A stretch of 64,000 bases of DNA, from the NCBI GenBank assembly GCA_041661205.1, contig JBAZUW010000001.1:2736-66735 (forward strand), written 5' to 3'. This document shows positions 38,180 through 47,353 of this stretch, piece after piece (positions within the stretch are counted from its first letter, which is position 1; each line of letters begins with the position of its first letter). Below the pieces are notes generated by a model, which saw only the letters and a program-made list of their open reading frames with translations, was not told the origin of the DNA and did no database searches. Made by a program: the position numbers and the translations under genes. The DNA comes from Phycisphaerales bacterium. GTDB lineage: Bacteria; Planctomycetota; Phycisphaerae; Phycisphaerales; UBA1924.

Positions 38180-38430
38180 TCCGAGTAATCGCCGCAGCAG
38201 GAATGCCGTTCACGGACAGCCGGGAAACCGACGCCTGGCCGGACGCCAAAGTCACCAGTGTGATCACCCCGCAGATCGTGGCCTACCTCGGCGGCGCCGT
38301 CCGGCAATCCACGCCCGTGCGTATCAACGACCTGGAAGCGATCACCATTCTGCACCAGAAGCGTCGGCGAATGGTGTTTGTGAAGCACCTGATAATCGAC
38401 GCACCACGCATCCACTTCGGCAAGCTATGA
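38176..38430 (+). CDS. hypothetical protein
   Basis: coupled ORF. Confidence 0.55.
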   Translation: MIRVIAAAGMPFTDSRETDAWPDAKVTSVITPQIVAYLGGAVRQSTPVRINDLEAITILHQKRRRMVFVKHLIIDAPRIHFGKL

Positions 38431-38564
38431 TCTCCGAACTCGAATACTCCGGCCCGCCGCCGGAGAAGTGCCCCACCCACGGTCTCTACCTCGACCGCGA
38501 TGGCGAGTGCCCGGAGTGCCGCAGGGAGGCGCTGCCGGATGCGGAGGACACGAACGCCGAATGA
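38427..38564 (+). CDS. small Zn-binding protein
   Basis: CPTH...CPEC. Confidence 0.55.
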   Translation: MISELEYSGPPPEKCPTHGLYLDRDGECPECRREALPDAEDTNAE

Positions 38565-38577
38565 TTTCACCACCCGA

Positions 38578-38610
38578 CCGCCACGCCCCGGCGGCTGCAC
38601 AAAATGGGGC
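38578..38610 (+). promoter_or_regulatory. H-type pseudoknot in SSB leader
   Basis: CCGCC/GGCGG stem; loop GCCCC pairs with GGGGC 38606-38610. Confidence 0.55.
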
Positions 38611-38639
38611 ACAACTAAAAGACGAAAGACGACAATACG

Positions 38640-39200
38640 ATGGCCCAACTAAACGAGACCCAGATCATCCTGTGCGGACGACTGAGCTACCCGAAACTCT
38701 TCACCCCGGAAGCGGTCAAGGCCGAGCCCGACGGCAAGAAGCGCTACGGCTGCCAGATCATGCTGCCGAAGTCCGACGAAGCAGCCAAGGCCAAGGTCGA
38801 GGTGATCATGCGCAAGCTGATCAAGGAGAAGCTCAAGGGCGTCTCCCCGAAGAAGGCCGACCTGTGCGTGAAGGACGGAGACGGCGAGGACGGCACGCCC
38901 GAGACCGCCGGTTACTGGCTGATCTCGGCCAACCGCGCCGAGACGCAGAAGCGCCCCACGGTCCTCGACCGTGACAAGAGCCCGCTGACCAAGGACGACA
39001 CGAGGCCCTACGCAGGGTGCTGGTGCCAGTTCCTCATCAGCCTCTACATCCCCGGCAAGTGGCAGAAGATCTGCGCCTCGCTGGAGATCGTGCGCTTTTG
39101 GAAGGACGACGAGCCGTTCGGCGCTCCGCCGGCCGACCCGGACGTGATGCCCGACCTCGATGACGAGGGCGAGGGCGGCGACTCCTTCGGCCTGGAATAG
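38640..39200 (+). CDS. single-stranded DNA-binding protein (DUF2815, gp2.5-like)
   Basis: RLSYPKLF, KDGD, YAGCW, DEPFG, acidic tail. Confidence 0.9.
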   Translation: MAQLNETQIILCGRLSYPKLFTPEAVKAEPDGKKRYGCQIMLPKSDEAAKAKVEVIMRKLIKEKLKGVSPKKADLCVKDGDGEDGTPETAGYWLISANRAETQKRPTVLDRDKSPLTKDDTRPYAGCWCQFLISLYIPGKWQKICASLEIVRFWKDDEPFGAPPADPDVMPDLDDEGEGGDSFGLE

Positions 39201-39218
39201 GGCTTAGGGTGAACAGCA

Positions 39219-39248
39219 CGGCCCGCCGTCCGTGGGGCGGCGGGCCGA
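39219..39248 (+). terminator. hairpin between SSB and polymerase
   Basis: CGGCCCGCCGTCC / GGGCGGCGGGCCG. Confidence 0.45.
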
Positions 39249-39261
39249 CACCTTTAGGATC

Positions 39262-41697
39262 ATGGCTACCACAGTTGTCAACCTGAACACGTCTCCCTAT
39301 GACACCTACATCGGGCGGCCGAAGGCCGGCGCCGCGTGGGGTTTCGGCAACCCGTTTCCAGTGGCGCAAGGCGGCCGACGGGTTTGCATAGACAGGTTCG
39401 CCCGGTGGCTCGCCGGAACCGATTACCCCGACTGCCCGGACGCCACGCCGGAGCGCCGGGCTTGGATACTAGAGCATCTGGAGGAGCTGCGCGGCAAACG
39501 CCTTGGATGCTTCTGCGCGCCAAAGGAGTGCCACGGCGAGGTGCTGCTGAAACTCCTGAAACCGAAAGCCAAGAGCATCTACCATCTTGACTACGAGTCA
39601 ACCTCCGCCTGCGACATCAAGCTGGGCGGATATAGATACAGTTCCGACCCGACCACTCGCATCCTCATGTTCGCCATCGCCAAGGACGACGGCGACCCGC
39701 ACTTGTGGTCCTTCATTGACCCTGAGTCCCCCGAGTCGAAGGCCGCTATGGCGCTGCTGCGCGAGGCCCTTGACTCCGGCTCCCCCATCTTCGCGCACAA
39801 CGCCAGCTTCGAGTTGGCGATGAGCACCTACCGGATGAAGCCCGACCTGGGGCTCGACCCTCCGGACATCAACAACTGGCGATGCACACAGGCCATGTGC
39901 CGGCGCGCGGCGGCCCCCGAGTCACTTGCCAAGGCCGCCGCGTTTTTTGGTTTGGGCGACCAGAAGGACCCGATCGGCAAGGCGCTCATCGGGGTGTTCT
40001 CCGACCAGAACAAGTCGGTGCTGTTGGAGCCACCGCCCGGTGCCAAGGGCGAGGAGAAGCTGGCCAACCGGCGCTCGGCCAACCCGATCATGGAAAACCC
40101 GGTGCCGTGGGGCTGGACGGTGAAGGTGAGCGGGGAGAAGATGACGGTGCGCCGTGCGTGGGACATGTTCTGCGAATACAACCGCCAGGACGTTCGAGTG
40201 GAGCGGGAGCTGCACCACAAGATCAAGCACTTCGAGCTGAAGGGGGACGTGCTGGAGAGCTTCCTCTTCGACTTGCGGATGAATTTCCGCGGAGTGCCGG
40301 TCAACGTCCATGCCCTAAAGAACGCCAAGGGGATCGTCGATCATTTGACCGAGAAGCTCAGTCGGAAGTTCACCGAGGTCACGGGCATCAAGCCGAGCCA
40401 ACGGGCGCGGGCGCTCGCGTGGATGCGCGAGCGGGGCTATCCGGCGGACAACATGCAGTCCGCCACGGTTGACGAAATTCTTGCCGCACCGCCGGCCGGG
40501 ATGACCGCCGAGGCTATCGAGGCTCTGCGTGCCTACTCGCTGGTCGGGTTCGCCGCGCTGGCCAAGATCCCCGCCATGATCAACTGCGCGTGTGCCGACG
40601 GCTACGTGCGCGGCACGACTCAGTGGCACGGGGCGCGCACCGGCCGGGCGTCCGGGCGCTTGGTACAGCCGCAGAATCTTCGCCGGCCGACGATCAAAGA
40701 GACCGATCTCTGCTACGATATGATCTGTTACGGGCAGGAGCCCCAATGGTTTGAGGACTTGTGGGAGAGTCCGTTAGAGGCCATCGCGTCAAGCATCCGG
40801 CACTTCTTTCAGCCGCATGAAGGGATGGCAATATCCTCTGATTTTTCGACTATCGAAGGCCGGCTCGCGGCGCACGTTACGGGGGATCTGCGGACTCTCC
40901 AGATGATGCTCGACGGAGTGGATCTTTACAAGGACCTTGGGTCCAGCATCTTCAAGGTCGGATACGATGCAGTCACCAAGGACCAAAGGCAAGCATCTAA
41001 GGTAACATGGTTAGCTTGCATATACGGTGCGGGGGGCCGGACGCTCAAGGAAGCCTTTGCCAAAGTGTTCCGTGTCAGCAAGACCTTGGAGGAATGCAAG
41101 GGCTACGCGGATGTCTATCGGGAGACTCATCCCGAGATCGTGAACGCCTGGGCCGAGCTTGACGCCGCCGCGAAGAAGGCCATTGGAGCGCCGGGCACCA
41201 AGGTCCCCGTGCTGAAAGGCCGCATTGAGTTCCAATGCGGGCGGGTCGCCAGCATCGACTACCTCACCCTGCGACTGCCCTCCGGCCGGCGTCTCTACTA
41301 CCCTTTCCCCCAAGTCAAGTGGGAGTGGGTGGCCTACACCGAGGAGGAGATGGCCGAGGAGCCGTGGAAGCGTGAGAAGAAGGGCTACCGCAGCGAGCGG
41401 GTATCATACTTCGGCCAGCGCCAAGGTGCGGCGAACTGGGGCCGCATCACCGTATTTCCAGCCAAGTGGCTGGAGAATCTGGTGCAGGCAATGGGTGTGG
41501 ACTTCCTCAACCACGGTTGCATCGCGTGCGATCGGGCGGGCATCGACATCCGCATGATCATCCACGACGAAATTTTCGGGCTCCACGACGGTCGCCCCAT
41601 CGAGGAAGTGAACGCCATCTTCTGCACGCGGCCGACGTGGGCGCAGGACTTTGCGCTGGAGGCGCAAAGCGAGCTGGTGGCCTACTACCGAAAATGA
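39262..41697 (+). CDS. polA: family A DNA polymerase with N-terminal DUF4326 domain
   Basis: YIGRP..GNPF..LRGKRLGCFCAP..CHG (DUF4326); DYES exonuclease, TGR, DFSTIE, K...L...YG, IHDE. Confidence 0.92.
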   Translation: MATTVVNLNTSPYDTYIGRPKAGAAWGFGNPFPVAQGGRRVCIDRFARWLAGTDYPDCPDATPERRAWILEHLEELRGKRLGCFCAPKECHGEVLLKLLKPKAKSIYHLDYESTSACDIKLGGYRYSSDPTTRILMFAIAKDDGDPHLWSFIDPESPESKAAMALLREALDSGSPIFAHNASFELAMSTYRMKPDLGLDPPDINNWRCTQAMCRRAAAPESLAKAAAFFGLGDQKDPIGKALIGVFSDQNKSVLLEPPPGAKGEEKLANRRSANPIMENPVPWGWTVKVSGEKMTVRRAWDMFCEYNRQDVRVERELHHKIKHFELKGDVLESFLFDLRMNFRGVPVNVHALKNAKGIVDHLTEKLSRKFTEVTGIKPSQRARALAWMRERGYPADNMQSATVDEILAAPPAGMTAEAIEALRAYSLVGFAALAKIPAMINCACADGYVRGTTQWHGARTGRASGRLVQPQNLRRPTIKETDLCYDMICYGQEPQWFEDLWESPLEAIASSIRHFFQPHEGMAISSDFSTIEGRLAAHVTGDLRTLQMMLDGVDLYKDLGSSIFKVGYDAVTKDQRQASKVTWLACIYGAGGRTLKEAFAKVFRVSKTLEECKGYADVYRETHPEIVNAWAELDAAAKKAIGAPGTKVPVLKGRIEFQCGRVASIDYLTLRLPSGRRLYYPFPQVKWEWVAYTEEEMAEEPWKREKKGYRSERVSYFGQRQGAANWGRITVFPAKWLENLVQAMGVDFLNHGCIACDRAGIDIRMIIHDEIFGLHDGRPIEEVNAIFCTRPTWAQDFALEAQSELVAYYRK

Positions 41698-41987
41698 CCA
41701 TGGGACCAGAAGCCAAGATCGAACAGGAAACCTGCCGGCGGGCGAAAGCCCTCGGCATCAGCAACCTCAAGCTGGAGGGCATGCACAACCGCGGCAAGGC
41801 CGACCGGATCTTCATGCGCCACGGCAGAACGTGTTTCGTCGAGTTCAAAGCCCCGCCCAACAAGCCCACCGTGCTCCAGGAGCGGTTCCTCTTGGAGCGC
41901 CGGGAGGACGGGTTCCCGGCGGTCTGGTGCGACGACGTGGACGAGGCGATCAAATGGCTCAAGCACCACCTGCTGCGGGATGAGTGA
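41694..41987 (+). CDS. VRR-NUC domain nuclease
   Basis: E..IE, G..DR, FVEFKAP, Q. Confidence 0.88.
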   Translation: MTMGPEAKIEQETCRRAKALGISNLKLEGMHNRGKADRIFMRHGRTCFVEFKAPPNKPTVLQERFLLERREDGFPAVWCDDVDEAIKWLKHHLLRDE

Positions 41988-43407
41988 GCCCCTCAACATG
42001 CTTCCGTTCCAGCCGATCATGATCGACTGGATTCTCAAGCATCCAAAGTGCTCGGTCTGGGCTGGCATGGGGATGACGAAAACCGTCTGCACACTCATGG
42101 CGTTCTCGGAGATGCTGATCACCGGGGAGGCGCGCGGGATGCTGCTCACCGCCCCACACCGGGTCCTCGCCATCTCCTGGCCGAACCAGATCAAGCGATG
42201 GCAGGAAGTCTCGTGGCTCAAGTTTGCCAACCTCCGCACCGAGGAAGGGATGCAGGCATGGCGCGACGGATCGGCCAACATATACGGCATAAATTCCGAG
42301 AGGCTTCCGTCCCTGGAGAAGCGGGTGAAGGGTGGACTGAAACGCTACCCCGGCTTTGTCGAGAAGCACATCAAGGGCAACAAGAACCTGCCGGTGGACA
42401 TGTACGTCTGCGACGAACTCAGCCTCGCCAAAAACCCCTCAAGCAAACGCTTCAACACTCTGCGCAACTTCCTGCACGACATCCCCGGCCGCTACACCAG
42501 TCCGTTCCGCCGGACGCTCGGGCTCACCGGAACCCCGCACCCTAACAGCTATCTCGATGTCTTCGCGCAGATCCGGTTGCTCGACCCCTCCATCTTCGGG
42601 TCGTCTTTCTCCCGGTTCAGGGACACTTACTTCGAGAAGGCCGACTACCTCGGCTTCACTTACAAGCTGCGCCCCGGCGCCAAGGAGCGCATCGAGGAGA
42701 AGCTGGCGGACTTCGCACTGGTGCTGCTCAGCGAAGAGTGGCTCGACCTGCCGGACTGCCGGATCGAGGACGTGGAAGTGGTGCTGCCGGCGGCCACCCG
42801 CACACGCTATGAGACTCTTGAGCGGGACATGCTGCTGGACTTGGAGCGCGGGGGGACGATCACCGCAGCCGGGGCCGCGCCTCTAACAGTGAAGCTGCTC
42901 CAACTGACGGCGGGATGCGCGTATCTGGACGATGCCGGCGTCCACTTCGAGCACGACGCGAAGATCGAGGCCCTGCGTAAGCTCAGGAAGAAGCACGCAA
43001 AAGAACCCATCCTCGTCCTCACCTCATTCATCCATGAGCGGGAGCGCTACCTGCGCGAGTTCCCGGACGCCAAGCATTTCCACGAGCGAGACATGGGTGC
43101 CTGGCAGGAGGGGAAGATCCCCATGTGGATAACAGACTTCCGCTCGGTCTCCCACGGGATCGACGGAATCCAAAATTCTTGTCGCGTGGCGGTGTGGACC
43201 AGTCCACCCTACAGTTGGGAGGGGTTCACCCAGACCAACAAGCGAATCCACAGGCCGGGGCAGAACGACGAGAGCGTCGTGTACCGTCTCCTCTGCCCCG
43301 ACACGATCGACGACGCTGTGACGGCCACCTTGGAAGACAAGGAGGAGGGGGAGCGCGGGATGCTGGCCGCGATAAAAGGCTTGCAGGCGATGAGGAAATA
43401 CATTTAG
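41980..43407 (+). CDS. SNF2-family helicase
   Basis: GMGMTKT, DE, LTGTP, HGIDG.Q, Q...RIHRPGQ. Confidence 0.9.
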   Translation: MSEPLNMLPFQPIMIDWILKHPKCSVWAGMGMTKTVCTLMAFSEMLITGEARGMLLTAPHRVLAISWPNQIKRWQEVSWLKFANLRTEEGMQAWRDGSANIYGINSERLPSLEKRVKGGLKRYPGFVEKHIKGNKNLPVDMYVCDELSLAKNPSSKRFNTLRNFLHDIPGRYTSPFRRTLGLTGTPHPNSYLDVFAQIRLLDPSIFGSSFSRFRDTYFEKADYLGFTYKLRPGAKERIEEKLADFALVLLSEEWLDLPDCRIEDVEVVLPAATRTRYETLERDMLLDLERGGTITAAGAAPLTVKLLQLTAGCAYLDDAGVHFEHDAKIEALRKLRKKHAKEPILVLTSFIHERERYLREFPDAKHFHERDMGAWQEGKIPMWITDFRSVSHGIDGIQNSCRVAVWTSPPYSWEGFTQTNKRIHRPGQNDESVVYRLLCPDTIDDAVTATLEDKEEGERGMLAAIKGLQAMRKYI

Positions 43408-43424
43408 ATGCTGGCATGGGCAGG

Positions 43425-44063
43425 ATGGAAATCATAGGCCGAAAGTTCGGAGGACTGTTGGTGACACGCGACCTCGGTGTAGAAAGACTGCCAAGTGGTC
43501 CCCCATGCGCTTTCGTGGAATGCCGCTGCGACTGTGGCGAGACAACGAAGGTAGCCCGTGGAAATCTCCTGACAGGAAACACTACCTCTTGCGGGTGTCA
43601 TAGGAGAAAAGGCCCTCTTGTAAGAGGCCAGGCCATGTCGAAATCCGGGGAGTATTTTACCTGGAAGTCCATGATGGGCCGTTGTTACAACGAAAATGCA
43701 ACAGGCTACTCCAGATATGGTGGCAGCGGGTTGCACGTGTGCGCCAGGTGGCATGACTTCGCTAACTTCCTCTCCGACATGGGGGAACGCCCAGAAGGTC
43801 TCTGCCTAGACAGAAAAAACAACGCTCTCGGATACTCCAAGCGTAACTGCCATTGGGCTTCAGCCAGCCAGCAGGCCAAAAACCGCAAAGACACAGTTCT
43901 CTTTACCCGCGGGAGGGAGACTAAGTGTCTAAAAGACTGGGCTCGCATTTTCGGGGTGAACTACTCCACTGTTAAGGCAAGACTGCGCAACCACCCAACC
44001 GCGGAGTTCAACGATCTGTTCAAACCGAGCAGGCCACGGAAGAGACGAGAGACACCCCAATGA
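43425..44063 (+). mobile_element. HNH-type homing endonuclease-like protein
   Basis: CRCDCG..SCGC, W.SM..RC, YGG.G..VC.RW, LDR.NN..Y..NC.WA; lower GC. Confidence 0.8.
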
Positions 44064-44578
44064 CCGACCTACCCGAAAGCTGGCAACCACCGAGACCGCA
44101 AGGTCCGGCGCCAAAACCCGTCCCCCGCAAGACCGTGGGGGATTACTTCGCGCAGCACGCCGACGAGTTGAGAGCGGCCAACCCCATCCTGCCAGTGAAG
44201 CTGAACCCGCAGGCTTTCCCTGTTGGCATGGGCGACACGGTGCGTGGTGCCCCCGATGTCAAGCGCGCCGCCGGCAGCACCAAGTGCCCGCTCAACCTGC
44301 TCCCGCCGGAGTTCCTGCGGCAGACCGCGTGGGCGCTGAAGCACGGGGCCGACCGCTACGGAGCGTTCAACTGGAGGGAGAGCGGGGTCCGCCTCGACAC
44401 CTACGTCGCGGCGATCATGCGCCACCTCACCAGCATGGCGGAGGGCGAGTGGCTCGACCCGGACAGCGGCAAACCCCACGCCGCCCACATCGCGGCATCC
44501 TCTGCGATCCTGCTCGACTGCGACCACCTCGGCAAGCTGGATGGCAAGGAAGGACCGACGCCGGAGCGGAAGGGCTAA
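44060..44578 (+). CDS. dATP/dGTP diphosphohydrolase (DUF5664)
   Basis: K.PL.LLP, HGA.RYG.FNW, AIMRHL, DPDSG.PH.AH. Confidence 0.88.
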   Translation: MTDLPESWQPPRPQGPAPKPVPRKTVGDYFAQHADELRAANPILPVKLNPQAFPVGMGDTVRGAPDVKRAAGSTKCPLNLLPPEFLRQTAWALKHGADRYGAFNWRESGVRLDTYVAAIMRHLTSMAEGEWLDPDSGKPHAAHIAASSAILLDCDHLGKLDGKEGPTPERKG

Positions 44579-44581
44579 GGG

Positions 44582-44694
44582 CGGCACCTGTGGGACTCGA
44601 ACCCACATCCCCCGCGTACCATCGCGGGACGCTTCTCTCACCGGGGCTTCGTGACCCCGGAGCCGCTATTCATTTACGGTTACGCCAAGGTGCC
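44582..44694 (-). ncRNA. tRNA-like RNA with extra arms
   Basis: Acceptor GGCACCT/AGGTGCC + G, U8, perfect T arm GTGGG-TTCGAGT-CCCAC, three internal hairpins, no encoded CCA. Confidence 0.65.
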
Positions 44695-44702
44695 GGTTTG
44701 CA

Positions 44703-45392
44703 TCACAGGAAGTGCGGCCCCCGCGACAGCCCCGCCCCGCCGCTGCGCACGATCGGCGTCTGCCGGGCGTTGCCGCGCTGGTTGGTCTCGTGACTGTTCA
44801 GCACCTTGATGGCGCTCGACATGTAGCTGGCCGCCGAGGTGTTGTCGCCCTTCTCTTCGTAGATGGTCGCCTGCATGGCCAGCTTCAGCGCCTTGGCGGA
44901 CTCGCAGCGCGTGCGGTCGGACTCATCGGCCGTCGGCGCCGCGGGGAGGTCCTCGGTGCGGTAGAGCGTGAACGGCGAGTACATGCACAGCGTGTAGATG
45001 GTCGGCGGCGTGGCCTCGTCGGAGAAGCCGATCAGCTTGTAGGTCCGCGCGCCGTCGCCGTCGAGCCCCTGGTCGATCAGGCGGGCACCGTGCGAGCCAC
45101 CCACGGTCATCTCGCCGGGGCCGCCGGGCGCAAACTCATACTCCTCCGCGTTGATGTCGAGTGCCGGCCACTCGTCCGCCCTTGCCCCCAGGATCGCAGC
45201 GTAGCCCGCCGGCAGGGTGAGGATGCCGTTGACCGGCGTGAGGCTGACCCGGTTGCGGCACCAACGCCAGCGGGCGCCCTCCAGCAGCGTCATGTCCGCC
45301 TCGGTGAGGAAGCGCAGGAACTCGTCATCGTCCCCCGGGGCGATGCGTGCCTGGTGGAGGTCGTAGAGGGTGTCAACAGAGCATCCGGCCAT
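44703..45392 (-). CDS. putative head-tail adaptor / tail tubular protein
   Basis: 229 aa; helical ends around a W....L.P..G.LTLP beta core; own promoter. Confidence 0.5.
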   Translation of the reverse strand: MAGCSVDTLYDLHQARIAPGDDDEFLRFLTEADMTLLEGARWRWCRNRVSLTPVNGILTLPAGYAAILGARADEWPALDINAEEYEFAPGGPGEMTVGGSHGARLIDQGLDGDGARTYKLIGFSDEATPPTIYTLCMYSPFTLYRTEDLPAAPTADESDRTRCESAKALKLAMQATIYEEKGDNTSAASYMSSAIKVLNSHETNQRGNARQTPIVRSGGAGLSRGPHFL

Positions 45393-45398
45393 GCGGGT

Positions 45399-45440
45399 AG
45401 GGTATCATGGCGGGGGCCGTGGTCAAGGTTTAGCTTGACA
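45399..45440 (-). promoter_or_regulatory. leaderless promoter with palindromic operator
   Basis: TTGACC-16-TACCCT-6-ATG; GTCAAG-N6-CTTGAC. Confidence 0.75.
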
Positions 45441-45466
45441 GGGGGAGGGGGTGCCGAATAGGCGTG

Positions 45467-45772
45467 TCACACCTGCTCGCTCACCAGAGAATCCACAACG
45501 ATGGCGAGCCCGACAAAAGCGGACGGGATGGAATCGTGTGTCTCTTGCCATTTGTCCGCGCCTTTTGCCCACTCCTCCACGAGCTGCTCTTTCTCCGCCC
45601 TCAGTTTGATGACCTCGACCGCCAGCGCGTAGATCAGGCCATCGCCACAGCAGTCCCGCCATTCCTCGCCATACCGAAGTGCCCGAAGCCCTCCGTCACC
45701 ACCTTGGACCACGGTGTATTTCCCGTCTCCAACTGTTACGTTCAGTGTGTTGTCCATAATCTCTGTGGTCAT
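45467..45772 (-). CDS. hypothetical protein
   Basis: DGKYTVV...LRALRYGEEWRD. Confidence 0.65.
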   Translation of the reverse strand: MTTEIMDNTLNVTVGDGKYTVVQGGDGGLRALRYGEEWRDCCGDGLIYALAVEVIKLRAEKEQLVEEWAKGADKWQETHDSIPSAFVGLAIVVDSLVSEQV

Positions 45773-45775
45773 GCG

Positions 45776-46411
45776 TTACTTTTGATCGTGCATCCAGCAC
45801 CCCGCATCGTACACCGGCACCACGTCAAGCCCCTTGTCCAGCTTGCGCAGCACCGGGATCTTCAGGATGGGCTTAGAAGCGCAAAAACATCCGCAGGCGC
45901 CGCACACCTGGCGTCCGTCGGTAATCTTGCGCCCGGTCACGGTGCCCACGGCGACCTCGGCCGCGGCGACCAGCGCCGTGAGCCCGTGGCACTTGACGCA
46001 GTTGCCTATGTCCACCCGCAGCGGGCAGGCCAGGCAGATTGCGAACCGGCGGTCAGCCTCCTCGGCGGACACGTGGGACCGTGGGTTGGCGATGTAGGTC
46101 GCCGCGGCCTTGAGGAAGCGCCCGACGTGCGCCCAGGTGAGGAACTCAATCTGTCCGGCGGGCTTCGGCGGTGCCGTGTCCGGGCCGCAGTAGGGCGGCC
46201 CCAACCCGCTCTCCCGGCACGCCGCATCGGCGAACACCTCGTCGAAGTCCGCCGGCTCGGGGACGCCGTTGGCCTCCATATGGGCGAGCACCTTGGTCCT
46301 GAGCGAGCGTGCCCACTTGGCCGTGAGCGTCACGCCGGTCTCCGGCACGGTGTAGCGCCAGCCGTTGGGCGCGGCCTCGATGTCGCGGGTGATGGTGGTT
46401 AGGTCAGGCAT
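45776..46411 (-). CDS. Cys-rich hypothetical protein
   Basis: R.AIC.ACP, CVKC, CGACGC. Confidence 0.7.
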   Translation of the reverse strand: MPDLTTITRDIEAAPNGWRYTVPETGVTLTAKWARSLRTKVLAHMEANGVPEPADFDEVFADAACRESGLGPPYCGPDTAPPKPAGQIEFLTWAHVGRFLKAAATYIANPRSHVSAEEADRRFAICLACPLRVDIGNCVKCHGLTALVAAAEVAVGTVTGRKITDGRQVCGACGCFCASKPILKIPVLRKLDKGLDVVPVYDAGCWMHDQK

Positions 46412-46610
46412 GGTTTCGAGATGGTTTGTCCCGTCGGATAACCTTGGCGGGGCCGATGGCATAGTAATTCACATCCACCCCTTCACCTTCCCATGCGTCG
46501 AGCTTCCGCTGGGCCTCCTTGCGTGAGGGGGCTTGCACAAGCAGAGTCTTCACCGCCCGGCATTTCCGTTCCGCTATCCACCAAGGATCATTGCATTCAG
46601 GCTCCGTCAT
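46404..46610 (-). CDS. hypothetical protein
   Basis: coupled small ORF. Confidence 0.5.
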   Translation of the reverse strand: MTEPECNDPWWIAERKCRAVKTLLVQAPSRKEAQRKLDAWEGEGVDVNYYAIGPAKVIRRDKPSRNHA

Positions 46611-46615
46611 GGTAG

Positions 46616-46735
46616 TCACATCTTGTCAGGGTCGTCGTCCCCGTTCCACCAGCGTGGCGGCTGTGGCTTGGCCATATAGACCAACACCAAGACAAGGATG
46701 ACGGCGGTTACTATGGTGGCGATGTCAGGGTCCAT
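46616..46735 (-). CDS. small membrane protein
   Basis: MDPDIATIVTAVILVLVLVYM. Confidence 0.55.
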   Translation of the reverse strand: MDPDIATIVTAVILVLVLVYMAKPQPPRWWNGDDDPDKM

Positions 46736-46740
46736 GGAAG

Positions 46741-47343
46741 TCAGGCTCGGCACAACATTTCGGGCGAGAGTTTGAATGCCGCGATGTCGCAGAGAGCATC
46801 GCCGCTCCATTCGGCGGCGTAGCGGGTCTCGTTGCGCACCGCCGCGATCATACCGCGGCACGCCCCGTTCCTGCACAGGGAGACCCTGACCGGGCACCCA
46901 TCGTTGCTGGCGCCGGACATCACGAACCCCCTGCCCGCGCACACACCGCACGCCGGAAAGACCCCACCGTTGGCCAGCCACGCTTTGCGCCGGATGGAAT
47001 AGACCACCATGTCGGACAACTGAGACCGCACACGCGCGACCGCGGCCACGTCGCCGGGGTCATATGAAGCCGACTGCATCGTCTTGGTGAACATCTGCCC
47101 GCTCCGGCCGAGGTCAACAGGCATCTCCCCCATCCAGCTATGCAGGATCACCATGTCATACACCAACACCTCGTCGTAGTCGTAGTGCCACTCCCCCTCT
47201 TCGTCCTGCCAGATGTCCTTGATGGCCGGGAGCTGCTTGCGCCAGTGCGCCCGGAACCCGGGCAGGGGCCGCGGCATGGCCGATGCGGTGGCGATGAGAG
47301 CCCCACTGGTGAGGGCGATTGCGTTGCGGCGTGTCATGTTCAT
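46741..47343 (-). CDS. hypothetical protein with Tat-like N-terminus and Zn finger
   Basis: MTRRNAIAL..GAL; CGVCAGRG...C..C. Confidence 0.55.
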   Translation of the reverse strand: MNMTRRNAIALTSGALIATASAMPRPLPGFRAHWRKQLPAIKDIWQDEEGEWHYDYDEVLVYDMVILHSWMGEMPVDLGRSGQMFTKTMQSASYDPGDVAAVARVRSQLSDMVVYSIRRKAWLANGGVFPACGVCAGRGFVMSGASNDGCPVRVSLCRNGACRGMIAAVRNETRYAAEWSGDALCDIAAFKLSPEMLCRA

Positions 47344-47353
47344 ATCAGTTAGG

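Noticed and set aside
44060-44578. Z-genome (2-aminoadenine) system suggested by DUF5664
   Set aside because: No PurZ (adenylosuccinate synthetase-like) or HD-domain DatZ was recognised in the window.
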